64,000 bases of DNA from Desulfovibrionaceae bacterium (GTDB taxonomy: Bacteria > Desulfobacterota > Desulfovibrionia > Desulfovibrionales > Desulfovibrionaceae), in NCBI GenBank assembly GCA_036541255.1, contig JAZHDD010000059.1, positions 79,196-143,195 of the forward strand, written 5' to 3'. The notes beneath the pieces are model-generated. The model had not been told where the DNA came from. It worked only from the letters and a program-made list of their open reading frames with translations, and searched no databases. The translations under genes and the position numbers were made by a program. This document shows, in pieces, positions 36,848 through 46,638 of this stretch. The stretch's first letter is position 1, and every line of letters starts with the position of its first letter.

Positions 36848-37354
36848 ATGCAGGAAAAAGTAGTGGAAACGCTGAAAACGGCTTTTGCGGCCGATGTGTT
36901 TGAAACCGTGTTGGCCGCGCGTAAACATCGCGAAGAAACTGTTTATCGTCATACCATGTTCGAGGGCGAGGACGGCACCATGGTCTTTTGCGGTTTTTTC
37001 CCCAAGGCTGAGATACAGGCTTTCCCGGGTCTTACGGAAGAATTTCGCGATTCGTTGAAAACCTTCAACATGGTCGGTGTGATCACCAACTCGCGTAATT
37101 TGATCGAACTCTACCATTTGGGCGGCGCGACCAAGCCCTTTACAAGTCTGGACAAGGCCGAAGAGGTGATCAGGCTGCTGTCAGGGGAACGGTTGATGGC
37201 TTTTCTTCAGGCCTATTTCACGGTTCGGGGACTGAAGATCGATCTGGAGACCATGAGCTACGAGGAGGTACTCGCGGCCATGCAGGAAGAGGTTTTCCGA
37301 TTCACCACAATGACGGAAATGCATCGAGTGGCGGAACAGCTCAGCAAGAATTGA
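36848..37354 (+). CDS. Hypothetical protein
   Basis: GAGGAG RBS, genome-typical codon usage, followed by a terminator. Confidence 0.75.
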   Translation: MQEKVVETLKTAFAADVFETVLAARKHREETVYRHTMFEGEDGTMVFCGFFPKAEIQAFPGLTEEFRDSLKTFNMVGVITNSRNLIELYHLGGATKPFTSLDKAEEVIRLLSGERLMAFLQAYFTVRGLKIDLETMSYEEVLAAMQEEVFRFTTMTEMHRVAEQLSKN

Positions 37355-37361
37355 ACCTGAT

Positions 37362-37385
37362 AAGGCCTCTTTCGAGGCCTTTTTT
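37362..37385. terminator. Terminator between convergent genes
   Basis: AAGGCCTC-TTTC-GAGGCCTTTTTT. Confidence 0.8.
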
Positions 37386-37401
37386 ATTGCGGCGGAGGCG
37401 A

Positions 37402-37797
37402 CTACTCCGGGTCCATTCCGGTCACTTCGCACAACCGTTCGTGCAGGTCCGTGATATCCATTTCATCACTTGCTTCCAGATCTTCGAAGAGTTCGTTGAT
37501 CATGTCCAGACCTTCCAACATCAGACTGGTCATGCCCTTGTCCGGCGAAAGATGCCCCTGGCGCATCAGGTCCAGCAGATTTTCCAGACCGTGGGAGAGA
37601 AGCTCGATATTACGCAGCCCGAGCAGGTTGGCTCCGGCCTTGATGGAATGGGCATCGCGGAAGATGCTGTTGATCAGTTCCTCGTCGATAATTTCGCCAT
37701 ACGATTCCAAGGCGAGGATGCCGGATTCAATGTCCATGAGCCGATCTTCGGATTCGGCGAGGTAGGTGGAGAGAACTTCGGGGTCCATTGCTGTCAC
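37402..37797 (-). CDS. Stand-alone Hpt (CheA P1-like) domain protein
   Basis: IFRDAHSIKAGA and HGLENLLD motifs. Confidence 0.9.
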   Translation of the reverse strand: MTAMDPEVLSTYLAESEDRLMDIESGILALESYGEIIDEELINSIFRDAHSIKAGANLLGLRNIELLSHGLENLLDLMRQGHLSPDKGMTSLMLEGLDMINELFEDLEASDEMDITDLHERLCEVTGMDPE

Positions 37798-37802
37798 GCC
37801 TG

Positions 37803-38738
37803 TTATCCTTCAATGAGAGTGAGCGCAATTTCCGGCAGGCGGTCCATTTCCGGTTTGGCGATCTGCGCGTCCGCGCCGACCGATTCCCCCTTGTGCCGGA
37901 GTTCCTTGGTGATGATCGAGGAGTAGAGCACCACGGGCAACTTCCGAAGAGTTTCATCCGTCTTGATGTGCTTGGTCAAGCTGAAACCGTCCATGAGCGG
38001 CATTTCTATGTCGGAAATGACGATGTCCAGGATGTCGCTCAAGGCGATGTTTTCCTTCGCGGCCCGTGATTTGAACTCTTGCAGCATATCCAGGGCCTCG
38101 CGGCCATTGTTTGTGATGATGGGGTTGAATCCGGCTGCATCAAGGCTTTTCTTGAGCATCAGCCTGATGGTTGCGGAGTCGTCGGCCACAAGCGCCGTAT
38201 AGGTCCGGCCTGCGGCTGGACGACTCGTCGCACTCGGAGTCGAGGGCGTGGAGAATTCCGAAAGTATGCTTTCCAGGTCCAGCAGCTGGATGAAACGGTC
38301 GCCCTTGTTGACCATGCCGATGATGGAATTGGCACCCATGCTGTTGAGATAGTTGCAGGGAGGAATGACCTCTTCCCAGTTAAGGCGGTGGATTTCCGTT
38401 ACGCCGGAGACCAGGAAGCCGGTGACGGCCTGACTGAACTCGGTAACGATAACGATGTCCAGTTCGTTTTGGGCTCGGTCAATGTCCAGCCAGACAGCCA
38501 GGTCCAATACGGGAAGAATCAAGTCGCGCAGTGGGATGTTGCCAAGGAAGGACGGATGTGGGGCAGATTCCGGGGCAACAAGTCCAGGGCTTTCGATAAC
38601 CTGCATGACCTTAGCGACATTGATTCCGAAATGGCAGGCGACAGGGGGCCTGCTCGCATCGCTTTGGTCGTTGATGAAGAATTCAAGAATTTCGAGTTCG
38701 TTGGTGCCTGTTTCCAGCAAAATTTGTTTTTCCGCCAT
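37803..38738 (-). CDS. cheV: Chemotaxis protein CheV (CheW + receiver)
   Basis: ILLETGTNELEI, FGINVAKV, ADDS, SDIEMPLMDG, KP. Confidence 0.92.
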   Translation of the reverse strand: MAEKQILLETGTNELEILEFFINDQSDASRPPVACHFGINVAKVMQVIESPGLVAPESAPHPSFLGNIPLRDLILPVLDLAVWLDIDRAQNELDIVIVTEFSQAVTGFLVSGVTEIHRLNWEEVIPPCNYLNSMGANSIIGMVNKGDRFIQLLDLESILSEFSTPSTPSATSRPAAGRTYTALVADDSATIRLMLKKSLDAAGFNPIITNNGREALDMLQEFKSRAAKENIALSDILDIVISDIEMPLMDGFSLTKHIKTDETLRKLPVVLYSSIITKELRHKGESVGADAQIAKPEMDRLPEIALTLIEG

Positions 38739-38948
38739 GCAACGCTCCCCTTCAAAGCTCATGTCTTTCCCATCTATCTTTTTTCTACGCTTGCCGTTCA
38801 TCTCTGTCCAGCATGTGCTGCATGGGGAAATTGCGAAAAGCGTTTGATTGTTGTCGCAAATTTGGTATTTGCGTAATCAGGTAACCTTAAAACAGCCCTT
38901 TGGGTTGAACCTGAAGCGACAGTAATCGCAGAATCGTGGAGGAACCAG

Positions 38949-41894
38949 ATGAGCGCAAGCGATGCAAAGGCGACGACAGCGGTACTGGACAAGCTCAAAC
39001 ACGATCTGGAGGGAGCCGCACAGCAGCTCGTTCCCTGGTTTTACGAGAACATGCCGGAGTATTATTTTTTAACGCATACCGAAGAAGAACAGGTCCGGCA
39101 TCTGCATGCCTTGATTTCGGCGCAGGTCAAGACCGAGCGTCAGGCTGTGGTGTTGAAGAGCCCCTGCGGCACGCGCATCACGCACATCATGCCTGGAAGC
39201 GACATGAAGGGACTGGTGCAGTCCGTGAGCCTTTTGGCCGAGGAAAAAATACAGACGGCGCGTTTGTACACCAGTAAGGACAAAGCCCTGCGGTTGGATA
39301 CGTTTCTGCTCGGCAAGCAGCCGCTGTGCGTTGTCAAAAACAAACCGTTTAAAAATGCCCTGTCCCAGTTGGCGCAGAGCAAGCAAGAGGTGGAGGACGG
39401 AAAACTCTTCAACGAGTTCCTGGCCACTGCGTCAGAGGACTATGTGGACAAATTCGAGGCCAACCGCGCAGTGCGGCATTTCAATATGTGCCGCTGTGTT
39501 GAGGGAACCGAAAGGGTGCATGTGCGTCTGGAATCGGATGCGGAGCAGGGGTTCGACCGCATCATGATCGCCATGGCCAACCCTCCGGCCAAAGGTTTGC
39601 TGTTGCAGGCACTCAAGGTCTTTGAACGGGAAGGTTTCGAAGTCATGCGTGCCTATGGTGATGAATTCGATCGGGGGCCGGATGGCACCATCGTGGTCAT
39701 GTCGTTTTATCTTGATCGCGAGAACGGTGGGCTTGATGCGGAGAGTGAGCGCTTCAAAAGGTTGGAGCGTCAACTTCGAGCCTGCAAGTGGTTTGCTTTC
39801 CACGGATTGGAGGCCCTTGCCGAGGAAAACGGATGGGAACTCGGTCGAGTCATGCTTATGCAGGCTGCCTGCGAATTCGCACATCAATTCCTGATTCGCA
39901 AGAATATCTATGCCTATACGTCAAACAAGATCGTACGCACCATGCTGCGAAACAGGGAGCTGGCTGAGAAGTTGGTGAGTTATTTCGAAGCGCGGTTCGA
40001 TCCTGACCTGAAGATGGGCCGCACCGAACGTGTCGCAGAATATACCGAGTCCATTCATGCGGCGTTGCGGAGCGTCACGGACGACATTTCCCGTAAGATC
40101 CTGGGCTATGTCTTCCGTTTCTTCCGCTACGTGTTGCGTACCAATTACTATATGCCCAACCGCTTTGGCCTTAGCTTTCGCATGGACCCCAAAGTTCTGC
40201 CGCCGTTGCCGGACGAAGAGCGTCCCTATGCGTTCTATTGTTTCCACGGGCCGAGCTGCTTTGCATTTCATGTCCGTTATCGCGACATGGCCCGTGGCGG
40301 GGTGCGGGTCGTCCGTACCTGGACCCAGGAGCAGTTCGAGATCGAGTCCAACCGCTTGTTTGACGAGGCCAACCAATTGGCCCGCGCACAGCAATATAAA
40401 AATAAGGATATCCCGGAAGGCGGCTCCAAGGCTGTGATCCTGCTCGGTCCCACGGGCGAGATCGATTTGGCCGTGAAAAGCATGGTCGATTCGCTTTTGG
40501 ATCTTATTGTTACCGACGAAAAGGGCAGGCTTTCGCAGTATGTGGTGGATTATTTGGATCATGAGGAAATAATTTATCTTGGTCCGGACGAAAACATCAC
40601 TCCCGAGCACATCAATTGGATCACGGAACGCGCTGCCAAGCGCGGTTATCGTTGGCCCAATGCGTTCATGAGCTCCAAACCGAGCACGGGTATCGGCCAT
40701 AAACGATATGGCGTGACCAGCGAAGGCGTGATCGTCTTTGCCGAGGAAGTGCTTAAATACTTGAATATTGATCCGCACAAGGACCCCTTTACCGTGAAGA
40801 TAACAGGTGGTCCGGCAGGCGATGTTGCCTCCAATGTGGTCAAGATCCTGCACCGGGAATACGGCGACAAGGCCCGTGTGGTGGCCATGTCTGATGGGCA
40901 TGGCGCCATCTATGATCCGGACGGCCTGGACTATGACGAACTGTTCCGGCTTATCAAAGAGGTCAAGCGGACATCGCATTTTGACCCGTCCAAACTGACC
41001 GGACGCGGCTCTTTTGTGGTTTCCACTGACACTCCCGAGGGCGTGCGCCAGCGCGACGATATCCACAACATGGCCGAGGCCGACATCTTCATCCCTGCGG
41101 GGGGACGTCCGGACACGCTGAATATGAAGAATTGGCACCGGTTCATGAAAAAGGACGGAACGCCCTCGGCTCTGGCTTCCGTGGAAGGGGCCAACCTCTT
41201 TATCAGTCCCGATGCCCGCGCGCGTTTGGAAAAGCACGGTGTACTTTGCGTGCCCGGTCCTTCGGCCAACAAGACCGGCGTGATTTGCTCCTCCTATGAA
41301 ATCCTGGCCGGACTCATTCTGGAGGATGAGGAATTCATCGAGATCAAAGATACTTATGTTGAACAGTTGCTGGACATTTTACGTCAGCGAGCCCGCGACG
41401 AAGCTCGGCTCCTGTTGCGTGAATATCGCTATGCCGCAGGAACGAAGAGTCTGACTGACATCAGCTTCGAAGTGTCTCGAGCCATCAATGGTCTAGGTGA
41501 TACCGTCGTCGAGGTGCTTTCCCGCGACGTGCCTTCGCTGGCCAAGGATAAGGCGCTTTGCGACCTGTTGCTTGCCTACTGCCCACAAGTACTGGTGGAC
41601 CGTTATGCGGATAGGATCATTAATCGAATTCCCTCGCGGCACCAGTTCGCCCTGCTTGCAGCCTACATCGCCTCTAGGATTCTTTATGCCGAGGGGTTGG
41701 GCTGGATCAACAAGCTGACCCGCGTCCGTCCGGTGCGGGATGTGGTGTATGCCTATCTTGAAGAAGAAAAGCGTGTGGCGGCGTTGGTCGCGGAACTTCG
41801 CCGCAGCAAGCTCGCCGACAAGGACGAAATCGCCCGTCTGGTCGAGGCGGGAGGACGCAAACAACTCACGGCCCGTCGTCTTGGACTGAGTTAG
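38949..41894 (+). CDS. Large NAD-specific glutamate dehydrogenase
   Basis: RDMARGGVR, KNKDIPEGGSK, GPDEN, YGVTSEG, GGPAGDVA, EGANLF, SANKTGVICSSYE. Confidence 0.92.
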   Translation: MSASDAKATTAVLDKLKHDLEGAAQQLVPWFYENMPEYYFLTHTEEEQVRHLHALISAQVKTERQAVVLKSPCGTRITHIMPGSDMKGLVQSVSLLAEEKIQTARLYTSKDKALRLDTFLLGKQPLCVVKNKPFKNALSQLAQSKQEVEDGKLFNEFLATASEDYVDKFEANRAVRHFNMCRCVEGTERVHVRLESDAEQGFDRIMIAMANPPAKGLLLQALKVFEREGFEVMRAYGDEFDRGPDGTIVVMSFYLDRENGGLDAESERFKRLERQLRACKWFAFHGLEALAEENGWELGRVMLMQAACEFAHQFLIRKNIYAYTSNKIVRTMLRNRELAEKLVSYFEARFDPDLKMGRTERVAEYTESIHAALRSVTDDISRKILGYVFRFFRYVLRTNYYMPNRFGLSFRMDPKVLPPLPDEERPYAFYCFHGPSCFAFHVRYRDMARGGVRVVRTWTQEQFEIESNRLFDEANQLARAQQYKNKDIPEGGSKAVILLGPTGEIDLAVKSMVDSLLDLIVTDEKGRLSQYVVDYLDHEEIIYLGPDENITPEHINWITERAAKRGYRWPNAFMSSKPSTGIGHKRYGVTSEGVIVFAEEVLKYLNIDPHKDPFTVKITGGPAGDVASNVVKILHREYGDKARVVAMSDGHGAIYDPDGLDYDELFRLIKEVKRTSHFDPSKLTGRGSFVVSTDTPEGVRQRDDIHNMAEADIFIPAGGRPDTLNMKNWHRFMKKDGTPSALASVEGANLFISPDARARLEKHGVLCVPGPSANKTGVICSSYEILAGLILEDEEFIEIKDTYVEQLLDILRQRARDEARLLLREYRYAAGTKSLTDISFEVSRAINGLGDTVVEVLSRDVPSLAKDKALCDLLLAYCPQVLVDRYADRIINRIPSRHQFALLAAYIASRILYAEGLGWINKLTRVRPVRDVVYAYLEEEKRVAALVAELRRSKLADKDEIARLVEAGGRKQLTARRLGLS

Positions 41895-41898
41895 GAGG

Positions 41899-42990
41899 AT
41901 GTCTATGCCCCTGCCGTTTGCAAATGATGATCAAGCCCTGCATGAAGGCGTGGACAAGGTCATGCAGGAGCGGAAGAAGCATGGGTTGGAGGGGTTGGTC
42001 GGCGGGCTGGAGGCCGTGATCGTCAATGTCCAGCCTGCCAACCTGCGTGTGGCTGCCGAGGAATTCCTCGCAGCCACGGGATATGCTTTTGACATGGCCT
42101 ACGAACATGAACGAGCCCACGTTTGTCTCTTGCGACAGGAAGGTTCGGCTGATGTGCTCTTCACCAGCCGCAAGGACGCGGGAAATCCTTTTGTCGCGTT
42201 CAATATGGGGCCCAAGTCCATGCATCTTCCGGATACCAGGCTGGAAACATTTGTGTTCAAATGCCCCGACCTGGAGAGGTTCGTTGCACACCAGATGGCC
42301 AGAGGCCATTGCTTTCTGACGGCGGAGCCGTTGCGTACGGACAAGTATCTCTTCATTCAGACCACACCATCCCGTTTTACAGGCAATTCCATTGGATTCA
42401 TTCAGTGGCTTGATGCCGAAGGGGAATACTTCCGCCATGGTTGCGGAGAATTGGGGTTGGTTCCGGAAAAATCTGAACGAGCATATCTCGCCAATGTGCG
42501 CGAGTTGGATCACGCCGCCACGCGGGTCAGGGCTGAAGAGCGCGACAGGGCCATCTTGGAGTTCATGGATTGGACCAACTATCGGTTCGATTTCGCCGTG
42601 TACGTGGACTTCCTGAATTCCATCACCAATGTGGCCCGGCTTTCAGCCGACGACTTTGCTATGGTTTTTACCTCGGGTATTTCTCCTTTTACCAGCCTGG
42701 AGGAGTCTGGGCCGACGGAAAAGTACATCCATAACTATAACACCCGGGTGCATCATCTTGCTTTCCGTACGGAGAACATCGAGGAGACGTACCAGGGGCT
42801 CAAGAGAGACGGCATGCAGTTTCTTGTTGAGCTGGTGGGCGGGCCCGAGGAGGGGCTGCACCAGACCTTTACCAAGCCGTTCGGAACGACCATGTTGGTT
42901 AATGAATATATTCACCGCTACGGCGGATTTGACGGTTTCTTCACCAAAAGCAATGTGACGTTGTTGACCGAAGCCACTGACAATCAATAG
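41899..42990 (+). CDS. VOC-superfamily, 4-hydroxyphenylpyruvate dioxygenase-like protein
   Basis: LDHAAT, VHHLAF, L.QTF and EYIHR..F.GF match the HPPD His/His/Glu metal triad layout. Confidence 0.75.
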   Translation: MSMPLPFANDDQALHEGVDKVMQERKKHGLEGLVGGLEAVIVNVQPANLRVAAEEFLAATGYAFDMAYEHERAHVCLLRQEGSADVLFTSRKDAGNPFVAFNMGPKSMHLPDTRLETFVFKCPDLERFVAHQMARGHCFLTAEPLRTDKYLFIQTTPSRFTGNSIGFIQWLDAEGEYFRHGCGELGLVPEKSERAYLANVRELDHAATRVRAEERDRAILEFMDWTNYRFDFAVYVDFLNSITNVARLSADDFAMVFTSGISPFTSLEESGPTEKYIHNYNTRVHHLAFRTENIEETYQGLKRDGMQFLVELVGGPEEGLHQTFTKPFGTTMLVNEYIHRYGGFDGFFTKSNVTLLTEATDNQ

Positions 42991-43015
42991 AACGGCTTAC
43001 CCGATGATGAGAAGG

Positions 43016-43052
43016 AAAAGGGTCGCCCGGAGTTTTTCCGGGCGGCCTTTTT
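43016..43052 (+). terminator. Intrinsic terminator after the gdh operon
   Basis: GGTCGCCCGGA/TCCGGGCGGCC stem plus T-tract. Confidence 0.75.
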
Positions 43053-43142
43053 GCATTACAAATGCTGACCATCGGCACTTGAAGGAGCGGACGGAAGTAT
43101 CTATGACAAGCTCTGCCCGGATATGTTGAAAGGGGGTTTTGC

Positions 43143-44075
43143 ATGTTGCATGTTTTTTCCGTTCCCGTTGCGCTGCTTGCCGCGTTGCTGTTTTTTCTAC
43201 CGGCCCATGCCGACGACACGGTACGTTTCGGCATCCTGAGCGTGCTCGACACTCTGCCGCTACAAGTCGCGGAACATGACGGCCTGTTTGACGCCCAAGG
43301 GCTGGATGTGGAACTGGTGCCTTTCGCCAGCGCCATGGAACGCGATGTCGCCTTGCAGGCCGGCCGGCTCGACGGATATTTTGGTGATCTCATTGCGGCA
43401 CTGCTGCTGCTTGAGCAGGGGCAACCCATGCCTGTGGCTTTGGTGAGTTACCGGACCACACCGGGGCAGCCCATGTTCGGCCTGACGCTTTCGCCCGCTC
43501 GGGCCGGACAGAAGCTCGATGCCTTGCGCGGGGCCACAGTGGGGTATTCCCGATCCACGATCATGGAGTATCTCTTGGACAAGATGTTGAACAATAATGG
43601 TCTTGCAGCGGATTTTTTTGAAAGGACGGAAGTGAAGAAGATTCCTATCCGGCTGCAGATGCTGTTATCCGATCAGCTCGACACGGCGTTGCTGCCAGAA
43701 CCATTGCTTTCCCTGGCTCGGCTCAAGGGAGGGCAGACGTTCCTGACCGCTGAAAATTTGGCTATTCCATTGACCGTGCTCTGTCTGCATGAAAAATATT
43801 ATACCGGGGATGCAGCCCCGATCCATAAATTCCTGGCTGCCTACCGCGAAGCCCTGTTGCGCTTGCGAAAGACACCGGAACACTATCGGGCGCTCATGGC
43901 CGAAACCTGCCGCATCCCCGGACCTTTGGTGGATCGTTTCCCCATCTATGCGTATCCGGACCCGGCGTTGCCCACCTATGAAGAGGTTGGCGACGTGCAG
44001 GACTGGATGATCGGCAAGGGAATGCTCAAGGCGCGTCTTCCCTACAACACTGTAATCGCGCCGTTGATTCCCTGA
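43143..44075 (+). CDS. NitT/TauT-type ABC substrate-binding protein
   Basis: Signal peptide AHA, PFASAMER, LPEP; first gene of a 3-gene ABC set. Confidence 0.85.
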   Translation: MLHVFSVPVALLAALLFFLPAHADDTVRFGILSVLDTLPLQVAEHDGLFDAQGLDVELVPFASAMERDVALQAGRLDGYFGDLIAALLLLEQGQPMPVALVSYRTTPGQPMFGLTLSPARAGQKLDALRGATVGYSRSTIMEYLLDKMLNNNGLAADFFERTEVKKIPIRLQMLLSDQLDTALLPEPLLSLARLKGGQTFLTAENLAIPLTVLCLHEKYYTGDAAPIHKFLAAYREALLRLRKTPEHYRALMAETCRIPGPLVDRFPIYAYPDPALPTYEEVGDVQDWMIGKGMLKARLPYNTVIAPLIP

Positions 44076-44083
44076 CGGGTAGG

Positions 44084-44842
44084 GTGACCGTGCAACTTGA
44101 AACAATGCTCCAGGCTGAGGGGCTGACCCTTGCCTACCGCGAGGGCCCGCCTGTTCTCGAGGGGTTTTCTTTACAATTACGGCAGGGGGAAACCTTGGCC
44201 GTGGTTGGTCCTTCCGGTTGTGGTAAAACCACATTGCTTTATGCCTTGAGCGGCTTGACGCATCCTGCTGCCGGACGAGTGACATTGCGCGGTCGTCCCG
44301 TGGATCGGCCCTTGCCTGAGATATCCTTTATCCTCCAGGATTATGGGCTTCTGCCCTGGCGGACCGTGCTTCAAAATGTGGCTTTGGGACTCAAAATTCA
44401 GTGTGTTCCCAGAGCCGAACGTAGAGAACGTGCCAGGATGCAGCTTGCGGATGTCGGCATTACGGGTAGGGACAATGATTATCCGGCGGCATTGTCCGGC
44501 GGCGAACAGCAGCGGGTGGCCATTGCCCGGGCTTTTGTCTCCAATCCGAGTTTGTTGCTCATGGATGAACCTTTTTCTTCGTTGGATGCGTTGACCCGGG
44601 AAAAATTGCAGGCGGCCTTGCTCGATATCTGGCGCGGTCGTCTTGTTCCGTACGTGTTGGTCACACACAGTCTGGAAGAAGCCGTATTCCTGGGGCGGCG
44701 TATTCTGGTACTGGCCGGCACGCCGGCCCGAATCGCTGCCTGTTTTGAGAATCCAGGATTCGGTACGCCCGGACATCGGGACAGTGATCAATATTTTCAG
44801 CTTTTGCGCGAGTTGCGCAGAACTGTGGAGCGGTTCTGGTGA
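44084..44842 (+). CDS. NitT/TauT-type ABC ATPase
   Basis: GPSGCGKT, LLPWRTV, LSGGEQQR, MDEPFSSLD. Confidence 0.92.
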   Translation: MTVQLETMLQAEGLTLAYREGPPVLEGFSLQLRQGETLAVVGPSGCGKTTLLYALSGLTHPAAGRVTLRGRPVDRPLPEISFILQDYGLLPWRTVLQNVALGLKIQCVPRAERRERARMQLADVGITGRDNDYPAALSGGEQQRVAIARAFVSNPSLLLMDEPFSSLDALTREKLQAALLDIWRGRLVPYVLVTHSLEEAVFLGRRILVLAGTPARIAACFENPGFGTPGHRDSDQYFQLLRELRRTVERFW

Positions 44843-45600
44843 ACAGGCTCAAGTCGCTTTTTTCCTATGCCCTGGTCGTGGTGGTCCTAGGCGTGTTGTG
44901 GAAAATCGCCGCTATGGTTCTGGGTAGCGTCCTGCTTCCACCGCCCGAGGTCGCGGCCTCGGCGTTTTGGCATGCGCTCGGGACCGCCACGTTTTGGGGA
45001 CATTTTGAAGCCTCGGCGTTTCGGGCCACTGCTGCCATGTTTCTGGCCTTTGTCCTGGCCTTTCCCCTGGGAGTGCTCATGGGGGGCTTTCCCCGGCTGG
45101 ACAGCATTCTTGCTCCCTTCGTTTTCCTGACCTACCCGATTCCCAAGATCGTGCTTCTGCCCGTGTTCCTCCTGTTGCTCGGTCTGGGTGACACCGCAAA
45201 AATCGCCATGATCGGTTTGATCCTCTGGTATCAGATACTCGTGACCACGCGGGACGGGGTGCGGCTGGTCAATGCCAAGTATTTGGACTCTGTGAGTTCG
45301 TTGGGCGGAACACGACGGGATCTGCTTCTGGAGGTGCTGGTTCCGGCGGCCTTGCCGCATGGGTTCACCGCTCTGCGGCTGGGCACGGGCACCAGCGTGG
45401 CAGTGCTGTTTTTCGTGGAGTCCTTTGCCACCTCTTCCGGACTGGGGTATCTGATCATGGACGCCTGGGGGCGTATGGATTATCCATCCATGTTCACTGG
45501 CATTTTCGGTATGAGTGCACTTGGCGCTATATTGTATGAACTGGCGAATCTGCTGGAACGGCATTGTTGCCGCTGGAAGGACGTTCAACGAGGAGAGTAG
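44839..45600 (+). CDS. NitT/TauT-type ABC permease
   Basis: LPPP, PIPKIVLLP, PAALP, GLGY. Confidence 0.9.
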   Translation: MNRLKSLFSYALVVVVLGVLWKIAAMVLGSVLLPPPEVAASAFWHALGTATFWGHFEASAFRATAAMFLAFVLAFPLGVLMGGFPRLDSILAPFVFLTYPIPKIVLLPVFLLLLGLGDTAKIAMIGLILWYQILVTTRDGVRLVNAKYLDSVSSLGGTRRDLLLEVLVPAALPHGFTALRLGTGTSVAVLFFVESFATSSGLGYLIMDAWGRMDYPSMFTGIFGMSALGAILYELANLLERHCCRWKDVQRGE

Positions 45601-45606
45601 GGCATC

Positions 45607-46638
45607 ATGCCCACGCGCAAACTTGAATTTGACGACAGCAATTTGGCTGCCCGGTTGTTTGGGCCGCGTAACGCTCATTTGGACCTCTTGGCCGAGAAGG
45701 CCCGGGTGCGTATCGATTCGCGTGGCGCAAGCGTGACCATCAACGGCGAGGATGAGGCGGACATCGAATTGGCGGCCAATGCCCTGTCCCAGTTGTATGC
45801 CATGCTTCGGGCTGGCAAGCGGGTGCATCCGCAGGACGTTGACTGTGCTTGCCGCATCCTGGCGCGCGATCCTTCGGCCCGGATTCGCGACGTGTTCGAA
45901 GATACGGTCTATGCAGCCTCTCCGCGCAAGACCATTGCTCCCAAGACCTTGACCCAGCGTGAATATCTCGACGCCATCCGTAAGAACGATCTGGTGTTCG
46001 CAGTGGGGCCCGCGGGAACCGGCAAGACCTACATGGCCGTAGCCATGGCCGCAGCGGCTCTGGCCAAGCGTGAGGTCAAGCGCATCGTGCTGACGCGGCC
46101 CGCAGTGGAGGCCGGGGAGAAGCTCGGCTTCCTGCCGGGCGATCTCGTGGAAAAGGTCAACCCTTATCTGCGTCCGCTGTACGACGCTCTGCACGATATG
46201 ATGGATTTCGAGCGGGTGCAGGAGTTGCTGAACACGGGTGTAATCGAGGTGGCTCCCCTGGCTTTCATGCGCGGCCGTACGCTCAATGACGCCTTTGTGA
46301 TCCTGGACGAAGCCCAGAACACTACGCCGGAACAGATGAAGATGTTTTTAACCCGCCTGGGGTTTGGATCGCGTGCCGTGGTCACTGGCGACGTGACCCA
46401 GATAGACCTGCCCAGCCGCCAGGTTTCCGGGTTGGTTCAGGCCGTGAGCATCCTTGAAGATGTCCAGGGCATCGACATCGTCCATTTTAACGAGGAGGAC
46501 GTGATCCGTCATCCTCTGGTGGGGCGTATCGTGCAGGCTTACGACCGTCACGGCAACGGCGGAGACCGCACGGCCCGCCGCAGCGACGGCAGTGTCGGCG
46601 ATGGGGTGGATCAAGCGGAAGAGCGGGGAGGAAAGTAA
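45607..46638 (+). CDS. phoH: PhoH family ATPase (KH-PhoH/YbeZ)
   Basis: GPAGTGKT, RPAVEAGE.LGFLPG, MRGRTL, DEAQN. Confidence 0.95.
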   Translation: MPTRKLEFDDSNLAARLFGPRNAHLDLLAEKARVRIDSRGASVTINGEDEADIELAANALSQLYAMLRAGKRVHPQDVDCACRILARDPSARIRDVFEDTVYAASPRKTIAPKTLTQREYLDAIRKNDLVFAVGPAGTGKTYMAVAMAAAALAKREVKRIVLTRPAVEAGEKLGFLPGDLVEKVNPYLRPLYDALHDMMDFERVQELLNTGVIEVAPLAFMRGRTLNDAFVILDEAQNTTPEQMKMFLTRLGFGSRAVVTGDVTQIDLPSRQVSGLVQAVSILEDVQGIDIVHFNEEDVIRHPLVGRIVQAYDRHGNGGDRTARRSDGSVGDGVDQAEERGGK

